DNA of 64,000 bases from Lobosporangium transversale (Eukaryota): NCBI RefSeq assembly GCF_002105155.1, contig NW_019028979.1, positions 868,001-932,000 of the forward strand. Reading direction: 5' to 3'. The notes beneath the pieces are model-generated. The model ran no database searches and had not been told where the DNA came from. It saw only the letters and a program-made list of their open reading frames with translations. This document shows positions 24,301-37,763 of this stretch, piece by piece (position 1 is the stretch's first letter; each line of letters opens with the position of its first letter). Made by a program: the position numbers and the translations under genes.

Positions 24301-25552
24301 CTGAGGCTGTCATCCTGGGTCCTGAGATAGTTGTAGATCTTATGCCAGATACTCGAAGCATGTTTGAAATGGTGAGTCTGAGGAAGAGCCTCTTATCAAT
24401 AGAAAACGCTCTCGTAAAAATTAAAAATTTTGAGTTTGTACGTTTTTTTATTGTGTCTAAAAAAGCAAGTAATCTATCCGATTTAAAAACGTGAAAAATA
24501 TATTTGTTCATGACTTTTTGGAGGAAAAGCACCTTGGTAGCTGGAGAAACAAATTTCACGTACCGGAGCATGCATACGTGCTTTCGTATGCTACCATAAA
24601 ATCCGATGCGCCGCTCGTTCGAATGCGAATGTCAGAACCCATTAAACCATTAACATTGCACTTTTAGAAAAAGACGGTTACTGTTTATTAATGTCGCATT
24701 TGTCCTGAGCCTGTTTTGCAAAATTATCATCAACACGGTCCCAGAAGATATTTGTGCTGAAAAATAAACCAAAAAAAAAAAAAAAAAAAAAAAAAAAGAT
24801 AGAAAGTCAAGCATAAAGCAAAAGGTAATAAAAAAAATGGCCACATAACGTTCCTCTTCGTTCTCATCTTTGCTTCCACTCCATTTGCATTCCTTTTTTT
24901 TTTTAACCATATCTCTCTCTTTCTCTCTTTCTCTCTTTCTCTCTTTTCAGGTAAACGTGATCTTAGTTCTATCACTCCATCTCTTTCACTTGTCAGGGTG
25001 CATGGGGTTGACGCCCTCTCCATACTGGTATCGCATCATCTGCTGGGCGATATCGGTTATAGGTTCTATCCAGCATGTTGTAATGCTTAGCATTATAGCA
25101 CTGTGCAGGTCTTGTTATCGCAAGAGACTGTTGGCACAGCAGGCTGCCCATGGAGCCTGGAGACTCTTGCACGCCCGTAGCTGGGCCTCCGAGAGCCATG
25201 TAGCTGTCCCCACCAAACTGGCGTTGGTCTGCATTTCTGGGTGTAGGGCATCGTTTGGTATGAGTTTCATCCACGCGCGTTGACATGATCTTTCAACACC
25301 GCGCAGGTCTCGTTATTGCGAGAGGCTGCTTGCGCGGCAGCCTGTCATGAAGCTCTGGTTAACTCTTGCACGTCTTAAGCGGAACCTCCAAGAGCCGGGG
25401 TCCACCCATATCTTTTCCCTTATTTTTTTCCTTTTATTTCGTATCTGTTTGATGCCGTAAACTGCCTGTTCGTATTAATGATATAAAAAGAAATTAAACT
25501 AGTTGAAACGGCACGACATTCTCCATTACAGTATTGGCGCCTGTTTTTCGTG

Positions 25553-28356
25553 ATGTCAACTAATCCGAGCAACGCATCAAAGCCAGAGCATTGGAGGAAA
25601 GCTCTCACAAGGCTCGTCAATGTCGATTCGTGTGTGCTGACGTATATGTGCAACTGTGCTCGCTTGAGCGATATCAACTATGAAGATTTCCTTTATTACG
25701 CAGACATAACGCAGAAAGAAAACTGTACACTCCAGCGCTGCCAATCCATCTGGCACCTAGGAATTACACAATTAACCGGGTCGCCACACAGTGGCTTGGG
25801 AAGACACGGTCGAATACTGAAACAGAAGTGGACCCAGAAGGAGTATGTCTCAATAGAACAAACTTTCAATTTGTATCTGGAACGGAAACGTGGCCTTGAT
25901 AGTGGGTCGCTCAAGGCTCTGAAAGCATCAGATACCTACTGGAGCGAGCGTACCTGTCATGATTACGAGCAAGCAGCGGAGATGCAGTCCAATATCTTTC
26001 TGTCAAGAGATTCAAGTAGATACCTTTTGCAGCTACTGTTATTATTATTATTATTAGTTATAAGCTAGACTGAGTGAATGTACTGTTGACTTATTAGAAC
26101 GCAACAATAATCAGCTCACTGCACGAACCACAAGAAAGGAAAAGAGAAAACATGATGAGAAACAAGGTGGGTACCAGGCGATATGACATGAATGGATATT
26201 CACTGAAGATTCCGATCAAAACCCACTTATTCATAAAGGTAGGGAAGTAATCCATCGATCGCATTTTTTCTCTTTATTTAATGGTTATGATACAGTTAAC
26301 GGAGCTACAAGCTCTACCAGTGACGTTGGACCCACCCAAGGAAGGAGCAAGATCCCCTGCCCTTCTAAGTCGTCTCGCAGAGCAGAGGTCAATAATATTA
26401 ATCAGGGTTTGTGACATATAGTAGCAAATGCATCAGTGTTATTATTACGAGCGCGCCGTTGACTTTTTGGATATCAATAACAAGCAGTTGTTATATTTCG
26501 GACTTGTACAAACGCGATATTTAGGTTCACATTGGAATGCACCAACTCAGGCCGATGGAAAGAGAAGGCTCTTGACATTTGAAGAGGAGAAAGGTAAGCT
26601 TTAAGTTATTAAATACATACGATTCATTACCGATTTTTTAATCAGCCCATTTTATATTACTTTGAAATATTGGGTGCTATAGCAACGGCTTTTAACAGGA
26701 CAAAAAGAGACAGTGATGTTTTTACTGAAAGCAATGAATATGCCGGACCCACAGGTATGTTGCTATTTATAATAGTCAACACCGCGATAATTTAAAATGA
26801 ATGACGAAATACCAAAAAATTACCTATACATTTATTAAGCAGGCTTGAGTTACTTAAAGAGAAGAAAGCCAACAGATGGTAGTGGTGATACTAGCAGTTC
26901 AGATAAGAGGCTGCCAGTGTAGATTATACAATTGTAAATATTGAGTTACAAATGAGCTGACCTAAATACTTGATAGAACTTTCATCGCTTCCGTTATTGA
27001 CTAGTGAAAAATCAAATGAGTCTCTGATCTCGGAGCACGATCCTGTGGAGCAGCTACTTGAGAGTATATCGCGACCCATGGGATCCATCCTTGGCTCATA
27101 TTCTTGGGAATTTGTGGCTAGTGAAGGAGGCCTTGAAATTGGTATTGCGTTTGGCAATTACTACAGGAGATGCTGTGAATCGAGCTTCAAGGCCAAATAT
27201 CCAGAAGATGCTTTGTAAGTTCATTTCAGATTATTATCAAGTCCGTAGTACACAGGCCTAATTTAATGGTTCATCTCTCTTCCCTAGGGCCTTAAATGCG
27301 ACACTATTGATAAGGGATAGCCCATCTCCGCTTCAGCTCGAATGCTTCGGGGAGGGATTTTTCGATCTAATGAGGGATGCCTTCAAACAACGTGTACCCA
27401 CAAATGATGTCGCCGATGAACGCAAACTCATTAGGGATTGGTTAGATGTATGTCATCATTGTTGCGAAGGAGGCTCTATGTCGAAACATGCGGCTCAAAT
27501 GCTTTATTTATTATGTATTATCATGATACTTTTAGGGTTTGGTTGATGATGATTGGAAGAGAGAAGTCACACTGGGACGCCTTGAGAATGTAGCTGTGAC
27601 CAAGAAACTTCTGCCATTAAAGCGATATCTCATACAAGCTGTGTCTGAATTCGAAAGGGTTCAAAAAAACTCCTACAGTGAGGCTGATGGAATAGCATCA
27701 TTTGTGATGCCGTTGTTGCGCAAGTTCTATCACAAACCAGACGAAGCAAGGCTTGCATAGTACGTGTAGGGAATCCTCATCACTTATTAGCTGCTTTTAT
27801 TCTTCCAGACTCATACCCAATACATTATAAATTTTGCTAGCACAAATAACTCCTCCAAGACAAGCATATACCACCGAAGAATCCTTGAGCTCGAAACAAA
27901 GACATGTGGGCACCTGATATTACATCGAGAACAATTAGAAATATTGAACTGTTTTTTGGAGAAGTTTCTGGAGTATTGAACAAGGACACAACAAAGGAGG
28001 CTGGAGATTTAGTACGTCTAGGTGTGTATGGAAAGAACTCGATAGATCAAGTGGACGATATTTATGATATGTCTATAATTACGACCTTGGTACACATCAC
28101 TGGACGCAAAGCCACAATGTATATTCAGTTCCCTCTGGGCACAATGTACATTATGGTCCAAGTAGGCACGTGGAGAGTGCCCGATTCACTAGAAACGCTC
28201 GATGCTCTTGCCCAGGACATAGGTTGTGTTGTGAAGACGGCCACATTATTCCATAGCCAGCTGGACTTATTACCAGCTAAGGTAGTGAAAGCGAAAAAGG
28301 CGAAGGAACATTTCCCTTCCATCATTACGCCCCATGCTAAGAGTGCTTTGCTTTAG
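25553..28356 (+). CDS. Multi-exon hypothetical gene with C-terminal PD-(D/E)xK/REase-like domain; possibly a pseudogene
   Basis: ORF pieces 25553-26015, 27539-27759 and 27841-28356 are separated by AT-rich GT..AG introns. Motifs YSEAD..FVMPLL and PD...ELFFGEVS...K...DLVRLG..GK..ID. An apparent 1-bp frameshift near 27912. Internal exons not fully resolved. Confidence 0.55.
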
Positions 28357-29084
28357 TTTATGTCATTTAAGAGGATCGTTTTGCGCTCAATAGCGGGTTT
28401 CAAAGAATTCCCTTAGATCTTAAAGAATTAGGATAATAATAAAGGCGATTCTATTACACTTGGTCTAATTTGACAACAAAAGTGAGAGGGCGGCCATATA
28501 TGGCGATTATTAACGTTGTTTTCGGGATTTGTTAGCCCTTGTGCGTGTAGAGTCGCTTTAGGCATCAGCTTTATAACTGGCGTGTACAATCCATTTTGAA
28601 GGTGATCAAGGGCTGTGAGGCAAGAGTGATTAGTATCAGCGGCCGTGGGCAATAACAGTGGATAGGGCTCTGAATGATGTTCTCGTATCTTAAGATGTAC
28701 TGCGAACCCTCATTGTAAAAGAAAAAAGGGTCAAACAAAGACGACGCTCAAATGTCTTCTCAACTAAGCCATATCATTGGCTATGATAAAGGCACAGCGT
28801 GGTTCACACTTTGAGCGTTGATGATAGTACGGAGCAGCTCCTGGAAAGCCAGTATCACTCCCGTCATATCTCTTTGCTCGTTGATGGTTTCTAGCAACCT
28901 TAATCGACCATAGAATCATTCACTTGATCGTCTCTCCCTCTTTCTTTTCTTTTCCCCTCTTCCTCCCAAGCACTAAGGATAGATAGACTTGTTCAAGTTG
29001 AAGCGAAACTAAAAAGGGTATGACGGTTGTCGCTTCGAAGATGAGGAAAGACATAGATGAAGACATTTTATCTTGGACAAAGAA

Positions 29085-30370
29085 CATAGCATTGCAGAAG
29101 CACAAGGAGCATATTGAAGATCTCAGGTTTGAAAGCGGATTTCCAGAAGAGTATGGATCATTGCAGGGATGTAATCACCTCGATTTGATTGATTATCAAG
29201 GGAAATCATTGCCCGAACCGATTCACTTTTTGAACCTCATCAAGGCTCACAGCTCGATCATCACCACATTTCCCTTAAGCAGCACGCTGGCCTCGTATGA
29301 GCTCTGGAAGGCGCTATTGGGATGTACTCACCTCAATCGCTTGAAACTTTGGCACGTAAATATGGATAAAGTTAATATATTCCTTCAAATCTGCAAGAAT
29401 GTCAAGCATTTGAGCTTGTCTATTGTGTCCATAAGCCAGCTATCTGTCGACTTCCTGAGTAATGAGGCCAACGAATACTTTTTCCCAAACATTCGCACAC
29501 TAAATATGAAAGATGTCAGGATAATCAACCCTCCACACCCCTATACATCCTCATATTGTCTTGGCATATTAGTTAAGAGATGTCCAGGACTGTGTGGGTT
29601 GAGATATGTCGACAGCAGTGAGTACCTTGCGATGAGTCAACCATCCCACGAGAATTTCTACAGGGCGGCATTTCTTCAACTTTCCTGGACATTAGCAAGC
29701 CTATATCTCTTACATGTACATAAAAGACGAGGATATGGCCGCACTTCTCAGACAGATGACAGAACTAAGGCGGCTATATACCCCAGTTTGTGACTTTAGT
29801 CAACTCTCTCTGCAAGAATTACTAGCGGACAAGCAAGAGGTAGCGGATAATGGGCACATGATACGAAAGACAAGGCTTCGGAGGCTCTGCGAGACGATCA
29901 AAGTATTGGAGTTCAGTACATTTGGCAGTGTAGATGGCATTGTTCAAGCGATTTTATCGAATTGTCCAAAGCTGGAGCGGCTGACAGGACCTACGATAAC
30001 AGTGACAGAGATTGTCAATGGAGCAGAATGGGCTAGCACTAGGCTGACTGACCTGAATGTCTATTTTAAGGCCGACGTTGATCAGGAGACTGTGGAGGGT
30101 ATGGCAAAGGTGCGCATTGCATTGAGACAACTGGGCACGTTGCATTCGGCTATCAAAGTCGCGTGCAAATGCTTATGGAAAACAGATGCTGGACTTGAAG
30201 CTAAGAGCAGATTTCGATGAATTAACTAACCTGAAGAGCCTGTGTATGTTATGGTTCAGCGATGATGAGTACCAACAAACTGGACTCGAGGATGCGACAT
30301 GGACTGTAAACAACTGGCCCAGTTCAGAAGCTTGACTGATTGCGCGTACTCAAAGTCGGATAATGATGAG
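29085..30370 (+). pseudogene. F-box/LRR family pseudogene lacking the F-box
   Basis: Homology to the 20093 gene starts abruptly at IALQKHK (~29085). Frameshifts near 29705 and 30140. Confidence 0.88.
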
Positions 30371-30986
30371 AAGGGCGTACAGTTACCTGAAAGGAAGTTT
30401 TTTATTTTTTTTTTTATTTTTTTTTTTTTTTTTGAACCTCTGGCAAACAGCTCATATGTGGCATACATAAAGACTTCATCAACCAAAATGGAAGTTTACG
30501 TTTTTGTTAATGAGGTCATTGCGGGTAACTACTGAGGCTTTTCGGCAGTACTTCCTGAGGAAAAATGGCGAGAAAAAGAATTGAAGAGAGTGCTTCTCTT
30601 CATGATCATTTCAAAATTTTATGTTTTTGACCACTTTCTTTCAGGCGAGTATACATGTACGCACTCTTCTTTATGTCGCACCATTATCCACTTGCGAATA
30701 GATGATGGAAGTAGCGAGATAGACTCTTAATATACAGCCTACTGTAGAAAATAAGAACATTGCCGAGCTTATATTTTAAATACTATTTTCTTTTTTCTTT
30801 TTCTTTTTCTTTTTCTTTTTCTTTTCTTTTCTTTTCTTTTCATATCATTTTATTTATTTTATTGTGTGCGAGGCACGTGTAATGTATCATAGCTCATGTG
30901 TAGTTCCTGGGGTAGGTGTAGCTTGTATTGAAGAATTAGTCCATCATGATAGGGAAAGGAAAAAAGGGAAAAGAAAAAAGATCATC

Positions 30987-32184
30987 TTAATTATTCCAAG
31001 AGGCAGCAAAGATCTCCTCCTCCGAAGGAGAATGTTCATCTTCGTCATAAGATGAACCATCTTCTACTTCTTGCTGTTCCTGCTGCTGCTTTTGGGTACC
31101 ATCTGGGTGACCAACCATATCCAAATATTCCTCCGATTTCATTTCTTCAATCCAATCCTGCAAACCAGCTTCATTATCCAATCGGCGCTCTTCATCCTCG
31201 TCCTCCAGGCTATAGCTAAAACTATAGTTATCCTCCTCCTCTTCCTCCTCTTCCTCCTCTTCTCCGTCCTCGTCTGCATACTCGTCTTCTTCCTCTCCTT
31301 CGTTTTCAGTCTCATTTGTATTGCCATTGATTTCAACATTGTCGTCCCCGTCAGCCTCGTCCGAAGCAGAGCTGATATTGAAGAAATCATTATCATCATA
31401 ATTTTGGTCTTCTTCGGGTTGCTCGAAATCGAAAGTAAGGTCGCCGTCAGCGTCTTCGCCTTCCTCGCCCTCATCCTGCTGTTCATCTTCATAATCTCCA
31501 TCGGCTCTCTTCTGAAGAGTAGCAGGCTTTCCAAAGTCAATAGTAGTTGGGATCTTTGTATCAAGCTGTGCACCCAGGTGCAAATCTTGTCCAAAGTCAG
31601 ACTTCAGTAACAGCTTAGGATCCTCACCGTAGATTACAGCCCGCTTAGGCAAACTGCGACGACGGCGGCTACTGGCATCTCCGCCACGGGCACCTCCAAT
31701 GCGATAGTTGATAGGGATATCTCTTTCTTCAAAGTCATTGATGATGCTTCCTATAATTGAAGTTCATAAAATAAAGATAAAAAAAAAAATGAGCCATAAG
31801 GATTTGCAAGAAGGGAAGAGTACATATTACGAGAGAATAAAGATAGAATAGAGGGCATTCATATGCATAAGAGAAAGGAAGCAATCTTTTGCATGCATAA
31901 GCAAAGAGATGAGACTTTGTCTAATCATTGTTTCAGTGTCATTCAAGACAATGTCAAATACAAAGACAAAGACAAGGATGTATATGATTACCTTGCCAAA
32001 TTGGAGGGGATTGGTAGCGAGAGTAGTCGAAAAACTCTCCTTCTGCCTTGGCATTGTCGAGGACAGCAGCACCAGCAGAGGCACTAACAGGAGCGGCGAC
32101 TGGGGCTGCAGTAGCAGACAAAGTCGAAGCCGAGGCAACCAGTGCCATGGCGACAGCAACAGTCAACAAAATAGTCTTGGTCAT
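30987..32184 (-). CDS. Secreted protein with dibasic sites and a long acidic C-terminus (~318 aa, 2 exons)
   Basis: Exon 1 (32184-31992) encodes signal peptide MTKTILLTVAVAMALVASA. GT..AG intron 31991-31751. Exon 2 (31750-30987) joins in frame to the D/E-rich ORF. Confidence 0.8.
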
Positions 32185-33460
32185 GACGTATGAATATGTG
32201 AAGGGATGGAGATAGATGTTGAATGTGAATGTATAATGTGAATGTATAATTAGTTGGAAGAGAATGGAGTGAAAGAAAAAAGGCTAATAAGTGAATAAAA
32301 GAATGAAAAGGAAAGAATGGAAACGTGTCTTTAGTTCTGCAATTCTCATGTTCATATGAGACATGAGGCTCTCAAATACCATTTTCTTTTTTTCTCTTCA
32401 GACTCGTCTGTTGATGCAATTTATCAAATTCAAAAAGGCTAGACCCAATGGCTGGTGGGCGCAAGAGAAATACGGTTATATTAAGGGGAAGATGCGCCTA
32501 AACAGAAACGGATATCGTTCCCTTCATTCTTCTTACGATAGTCAAGTGGCCGGCCCAGAATCCTAGTCAGGGTCTATTCGATGAGAGATGAAGAATGAGG
32601 TGGTTGCCCATGTATTTGTCGAATAAAGAATATCTGGGCTGTACTGGTGTCGAATAAAAACTGAAGGTTGAGAAATACGCTTTTCTTCCCATCTATTCGA
32701 CTCTTGTAATCCCCTTTCATTCGATTCTGTACCACATCAGAGATCTAATTTTGCAATATATGCGGGAGCCTCTACTCGACTTATACACGAGCTGACCACG
32801 ACATAACTCATTAAAATATATGGGCATGCACTGCTACTTAGATCGATAAAGATAGCTACTTGTCTTCTTCACACCTTCGCAGGGTTATCCTCTTTTTCAA
32901 ATATAAAAGCTGTGTTGAAGACGCTATAGCCAAGTCACTCTGCTATAAAGCCTAGAATATGCTTGAAAATTGTTAAATAAATTGTAATAAATCCAAAGCG
33001 ATTAATTGGACGCTTTTCAAATTCAATTACCATTGGCATCCTCTCTTAATATAGTCCCCCGTCATTGTGTATGAATATGGTAGGTCGGCCATCTGTGAAT
33101 TTAATACTGGTTCTTACAGGTAGTGTGTGCACCTGCTTTCCTTCCAGCACGTACGGAAAAACATGCTCATTTTTTGAGTTCATCTCATATTCTGGTGGAT
33201 TTTCATATCAGGAGTGTAATATAAAGTAAAAAACAGTCTACAAGGCGATGGTGATTGAGGAAAACAAGACATGAAGAATAGCAGATATGTTATTGGATAG
33301 AAAAGATCAAAATTGCAAATGGTAGTAGTAATAATAGTAATAGAAAAACTAGTTGTAGTACGATGTGAAAAAGAGGAGGATGAGGTGTATAAATGACAAA
33401 TAACGTTGTCCGACAAGTTGCTTCTTTCCCAATGGTCCTGTAGTCTTTTTTTTTTTTTTT

Positions 33461-36380
33461 TTAGTCGTCCTTGATGACATCTTCCTTCTTCAACTTCTTC
33501 TCTTTAGCCTCTTCAATCACTTTGCCATGGATCTTCTTGCCCTCTACAAGCACTCCTGTACCTTCCTCTTGCTCCACAAGATCTGCTAATTCTACAATGT
33601 GACTTAGGAGGACGAGGCCGTCGCCATCAACATCTAACTTCTTGACAATCTGCTTAATCTTTTCCTCGTCGGGCGCGTGCTTGATAACTTTGAGTGCAGA
33701 CTCAATATCCTTCACCGTCAGCTCACCACGCTCATTAGCCTGGAATGCTTGTAGTTTGTTGCCCTCCGCATCATATGCCTGCAATTCCTGATCCAGCTTA
33801 GCAATCATCTTCTCCAGGCGGCTGCCCAATCGTTTCGACACATTGTGTTCCTTACGCTGTACCTGTGCAAGCTCCTCAATATCCTACGCACAAAATTAAA
33901 ATAAAAGAAAATAACAGATATAAGCATATGAATAACAAATAATGTTTGTATCCAAAGAAAAAGAGTGTTTTTTTTTATATCGCAGCCAAAGCCATACCTC
34001 TTTATATTCCATACGATCTTCCTTCAGGTCCTCGAGCTCTTCACGCTCTTCCAATACTGCAGAGCGAGATGACATAATACACAAAGCTTCGCGCAATTCG
34101 AGCAATTGTTCCTCTGTCATGCGAGCAGTGTCTTCATCTTCCTCAGGCTTGGGTGGAGCTGCGGCTGCGGGAGCTGCATCAATAGATTTAGCAGCCTCCA
34201 ATAGCTCTGTGGTTGCAGCAGTAGCTCTTGTATCCTTGGCAACCTGAGCAGCCACCTGAGCATCAGTCAAAAGCTCTGATGCGCCAGCAAAGGTAGCAGG
34301 GGCACCAGCGGCAGCGGCAGCGGGTGTTGTTTTGTCAAAGACAGGGATACCTGAAGAAGCAGAAACCACAGGTACTTCCTGCTTCTCCTGCATTATTTGT
34401 TTTTCCTGCGTCTTCTGCTTCTCTCTTTCTTCAGCCTCCTTCTTGATCCTTGCCTCCTCCTTGCGAGCTTTACGGGCCTTTTCTTCCTTCTCTTCTTGTG
34501 CCAATTCATCTGCAATCAATTCTTCCTGTTGCTCCAGGACTTCAAGCTTTTGTTGAGGAGTAGCAGCGCCCTCTAGCTCAGACACATGCAGCTCTGTTTC
34601 TGTCAATAGGCTGTCTGGAAGCGATGAGAGCGTTGCTTGAAGCGCCTCCACTGGCGTGGCTGATTCTTTGAAATCAGAGAAAGCAAAGGCGCGTGACAGG
34701 ATCAAAAGAGAAGAAGGAATAGCGTATTTCAGATTGAGCTCGAGCCATTGTTCTAATTCACTGCGAAGACGAGCTGTCGAGACGCCCCCTGTACGGATTC
34801 CACGCGACTGACAAGCTGCCTGAAGCTCACGAGTTGTCAACGAATCTACGCCCTCAGCCATAATCAACTAGAGGTGAATTAAAAAGAAAGGAGGAAAAAA
34901 CTTCGTTAGGGTTTCACAACCGAGTACACACGCTTTGCATCCATGACACGCTAAAGAAATAATAAATAATCAAAGGAAGGAAACATTCAGGACGAAGCAT
35001 ATATTCTCTTTTGCTGTGTCATTGAACTCTCTACCTTATCATCCTGCTTAATTGAGTTCATCTTGTTTCGGATTTGATATCTCAAAAAGTTGTCGGTTCC
35101 GAAGGCGTTGAGGTTCATGTAGCGGCACATGGAGACCAGTTGAGGTCTGGACAGATTATCGAGTGTTAATTCATCATGGAACAACTTGGCGACTCTGATC
35201 AACTCATCTGTCGAAGCCTGTTCACCCGTCGTGCGGACCTTTCTAAAGAAGTCACCAAACTCCTTGACAGCTTCAGCACGCGACGATCCAGGGATGCCTG
35301 ATTCCTCAATAGTTTCTTGTAAGAATTTTGCCATCTCTAAGCGCATCTTGAGCAGCTTCCTCTTCTTTTCTTCCTCTGCATACTTGTCTTCAAAGGTCGA
35401 GGGAAGCATGTTGGGGAACAGTTTAAGCGCTACAGGTAGCAGGAGTTCCATGAATGGCACAATCAAGAAGACGGAGAAGGGGAGCAGTCGAAGCAAGTCT
35501 CCAGTCGTGCGTCGCAGCTATGAAAGGTCAATTTTTTCGTGAAGGATAAGTTTGGTGCTTGATTCTTTTGACTTTCTTTCTTTCTTTCTTTCTTTTCTTT
35601 TTTTCATTAAAATCTCCTCAGCACTTGCACTTGCCTGTCTTTGTTCACGCCGAGTCAGTTTGTTTCCACGCAATAGCCGTCCAGCCAACTTGGTGGAGAT
35701 CTTGATCTCCTTACCAAGCAACTTTGTACCGTGCCAATAATGAACCATCTCATTCTTGAATCTTTCCCAAAGCGATTTCTTTGGCTGGACAACCGCGCCT
35801 TCTCCTGCAATGCCACTGGCAGCCTCAATTGCCTCCTTGGCGGCCTTTGCCTTTGCCATCTCTGCAGAGCGAGAAACAAGAGTCTCCTTTTCGATAGTTG
35901 ATTTGAGGACTGGGTGTGGCTGCTCAGCAGAGCGGAGGAGACGAAGAGAGGAGGGGATTCGGGGGAAAGGTGAAGAATGGAAGCCATGATGGTGGCGTTG
36001 TTTCAACGTCGAAGAAAAAGAAGTCGTGGTAGATCCTTGACCGTTGATAGTACGTCGGACATTTACAGCTTGAACATGAACTGTACGATAATAGGGCGTC
36101 GTTATACTCATGCGCAAAGCATGAACATGGGGGCCATTTACTAAACAGAGTCATGTGCGAAGAAAAAGGTAAAGAGTAGGTTTTTTTTTGCTTTTAAAAT
36201 CTGATGTTGCTACCCATGTCATTCATTTCTACATTAATGTATAATGCATTTTTATGACGCATGTGATCCGGATCAGTTGAAAAGTTTATTTTGGAATAAA
36301 GAATTAGATCGGCTCATACCTGCATGGTCCCTGTTGGATGCAGATCCGGCCCTGAGTGTAGGTCTAAGAATATGATACAT
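33461..36380 (-). CDS. MDM38: LETM1/Mdm38-family mitochondrial inner-membrane protein
   Basis: [88 protein letters not shown], C-terminal EF-hand-like DVDGDG. Exons 36380-36320, 36140-35635, 35517-35035, 34867-33998 and 33883-33461 join in frame. Confidence 0.93.
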
Positions 36381-37729
36381 AGTTTTTTTTTACAAGAGGA
36401 TCAGCAAGGACAACAAAAGAATGGATGGACTAAAAAAAGAGGAGAACGAATGGAAAATGAGAAGGAGGGAAAAAAAAAAAAAATAAACCGGAGCAATACA
36501 GTTTGAACAGGGACTATGAATCTGATAATTGAAGTATCTAAAAAGGCAATTCGTGCGCTTTGACGTGTCCCTAACGCGAAAATGTGACCATCGATTTTTA
36601 TAAGGTGTTTGTTGTTGTAACTGATTAAAATAATTCATTTTTCATAATTGTCTCCGTTAATAACTGATTTCTCAAGTACACGTGTGCCCTCTTATTTCCT
36701 CACCAAGCGACTCAAAGCTTTCATTCTTTTATTCTTTCTTTCTTATGGTGTTGGGGAGATAGAGTATTAGAACAATAGAAAGATTATGGATATGGGGCTG
36801 AAAGTAAAATGGAGTAAAGTACGCTCATAGATAAAAACGTTGCCGACAGATACAAAGCAGCAGAAAAGAACAATGATGACAGCCGTTTCAAGCATGCTAA
36901 GGCTAATCCTCCTGTTTATATGCTTCCTTCTATGAATATTCTGTCTGTTACTAGTTTAAGAGGCAACCTGTTTCTTAACTACAAAAAACATCTTGAAAGC
37001 AAAGCCTATGCAGGCTACGACTTTTTCTTTTTCTTTTTCTTCCCTCGTGAACCGGGACATGACATGAGGTATTTTTAGTTAACACGTTTAATAAAGATCA
37101 TCAGAAGATGAAAAAAGAACAATAACTCAATGAACATTCTCTGATCGCTAGAATTTACCCAAAAGATCGGGATTCCAAATCTTAATCTAAAGCATCAAAG
37201 ACAGAAAAGAGAGAGGGAAAGAGAGGGCAGTGCATAGCATGGCATGCGCGCCAATAGTGCACAGGGTCTTGAAAGATATGGGAACGGCCAATCGATAATG
37301 GAATCATCGAATTTCGGTATGTTAGAAATGTTGGACGAGATATGAGACGAGACCCAGGAACATGCGATTCATGCCTTTTTTTAAAATATACCGTTGATCG
37401 CGCCTATGTCCATGTCAGACATTGCATTGTTTTAATATTCATATTCCATTTTCTGTCTTGATTCCCGACCAGGCCAGACAAAGTACACCAACCGGCCCAC
37501 GCGCTTCGAAAAAAAAAAAAAAAAAAAAAAAAACGAATTCTTTCGGAGCATTAGCTTTTTCCATTTGTCCCTAGACTACCTTAGCTAATTATGCAATCAT
37601 CTATCATCAATCATTACCATTAAATGAGTGAATAGAATAAATAAACAGTCCATCGTATCGTTGCATCGTTGCATCGTTGAATAGTTGCATCGTTGCTTCG
37701 AAAGCGATGTGCGGTAGAAAAAAGGCGTG

Positions 37730-37763
<34 letters not shown>

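Noticed and set aside
21905..28700. One large TIR element spanning the transposase and REase-like gene
   Set aside because: TGTAC occurs at both ends but the inner sequences are not inverted repeats, so the boundaries are unsupported.
31071..31610. Hydrophobic 179-aa plus-strand ORF
   Set aside because: Antisense shadow of the Asp/Glu-rich coding exon.
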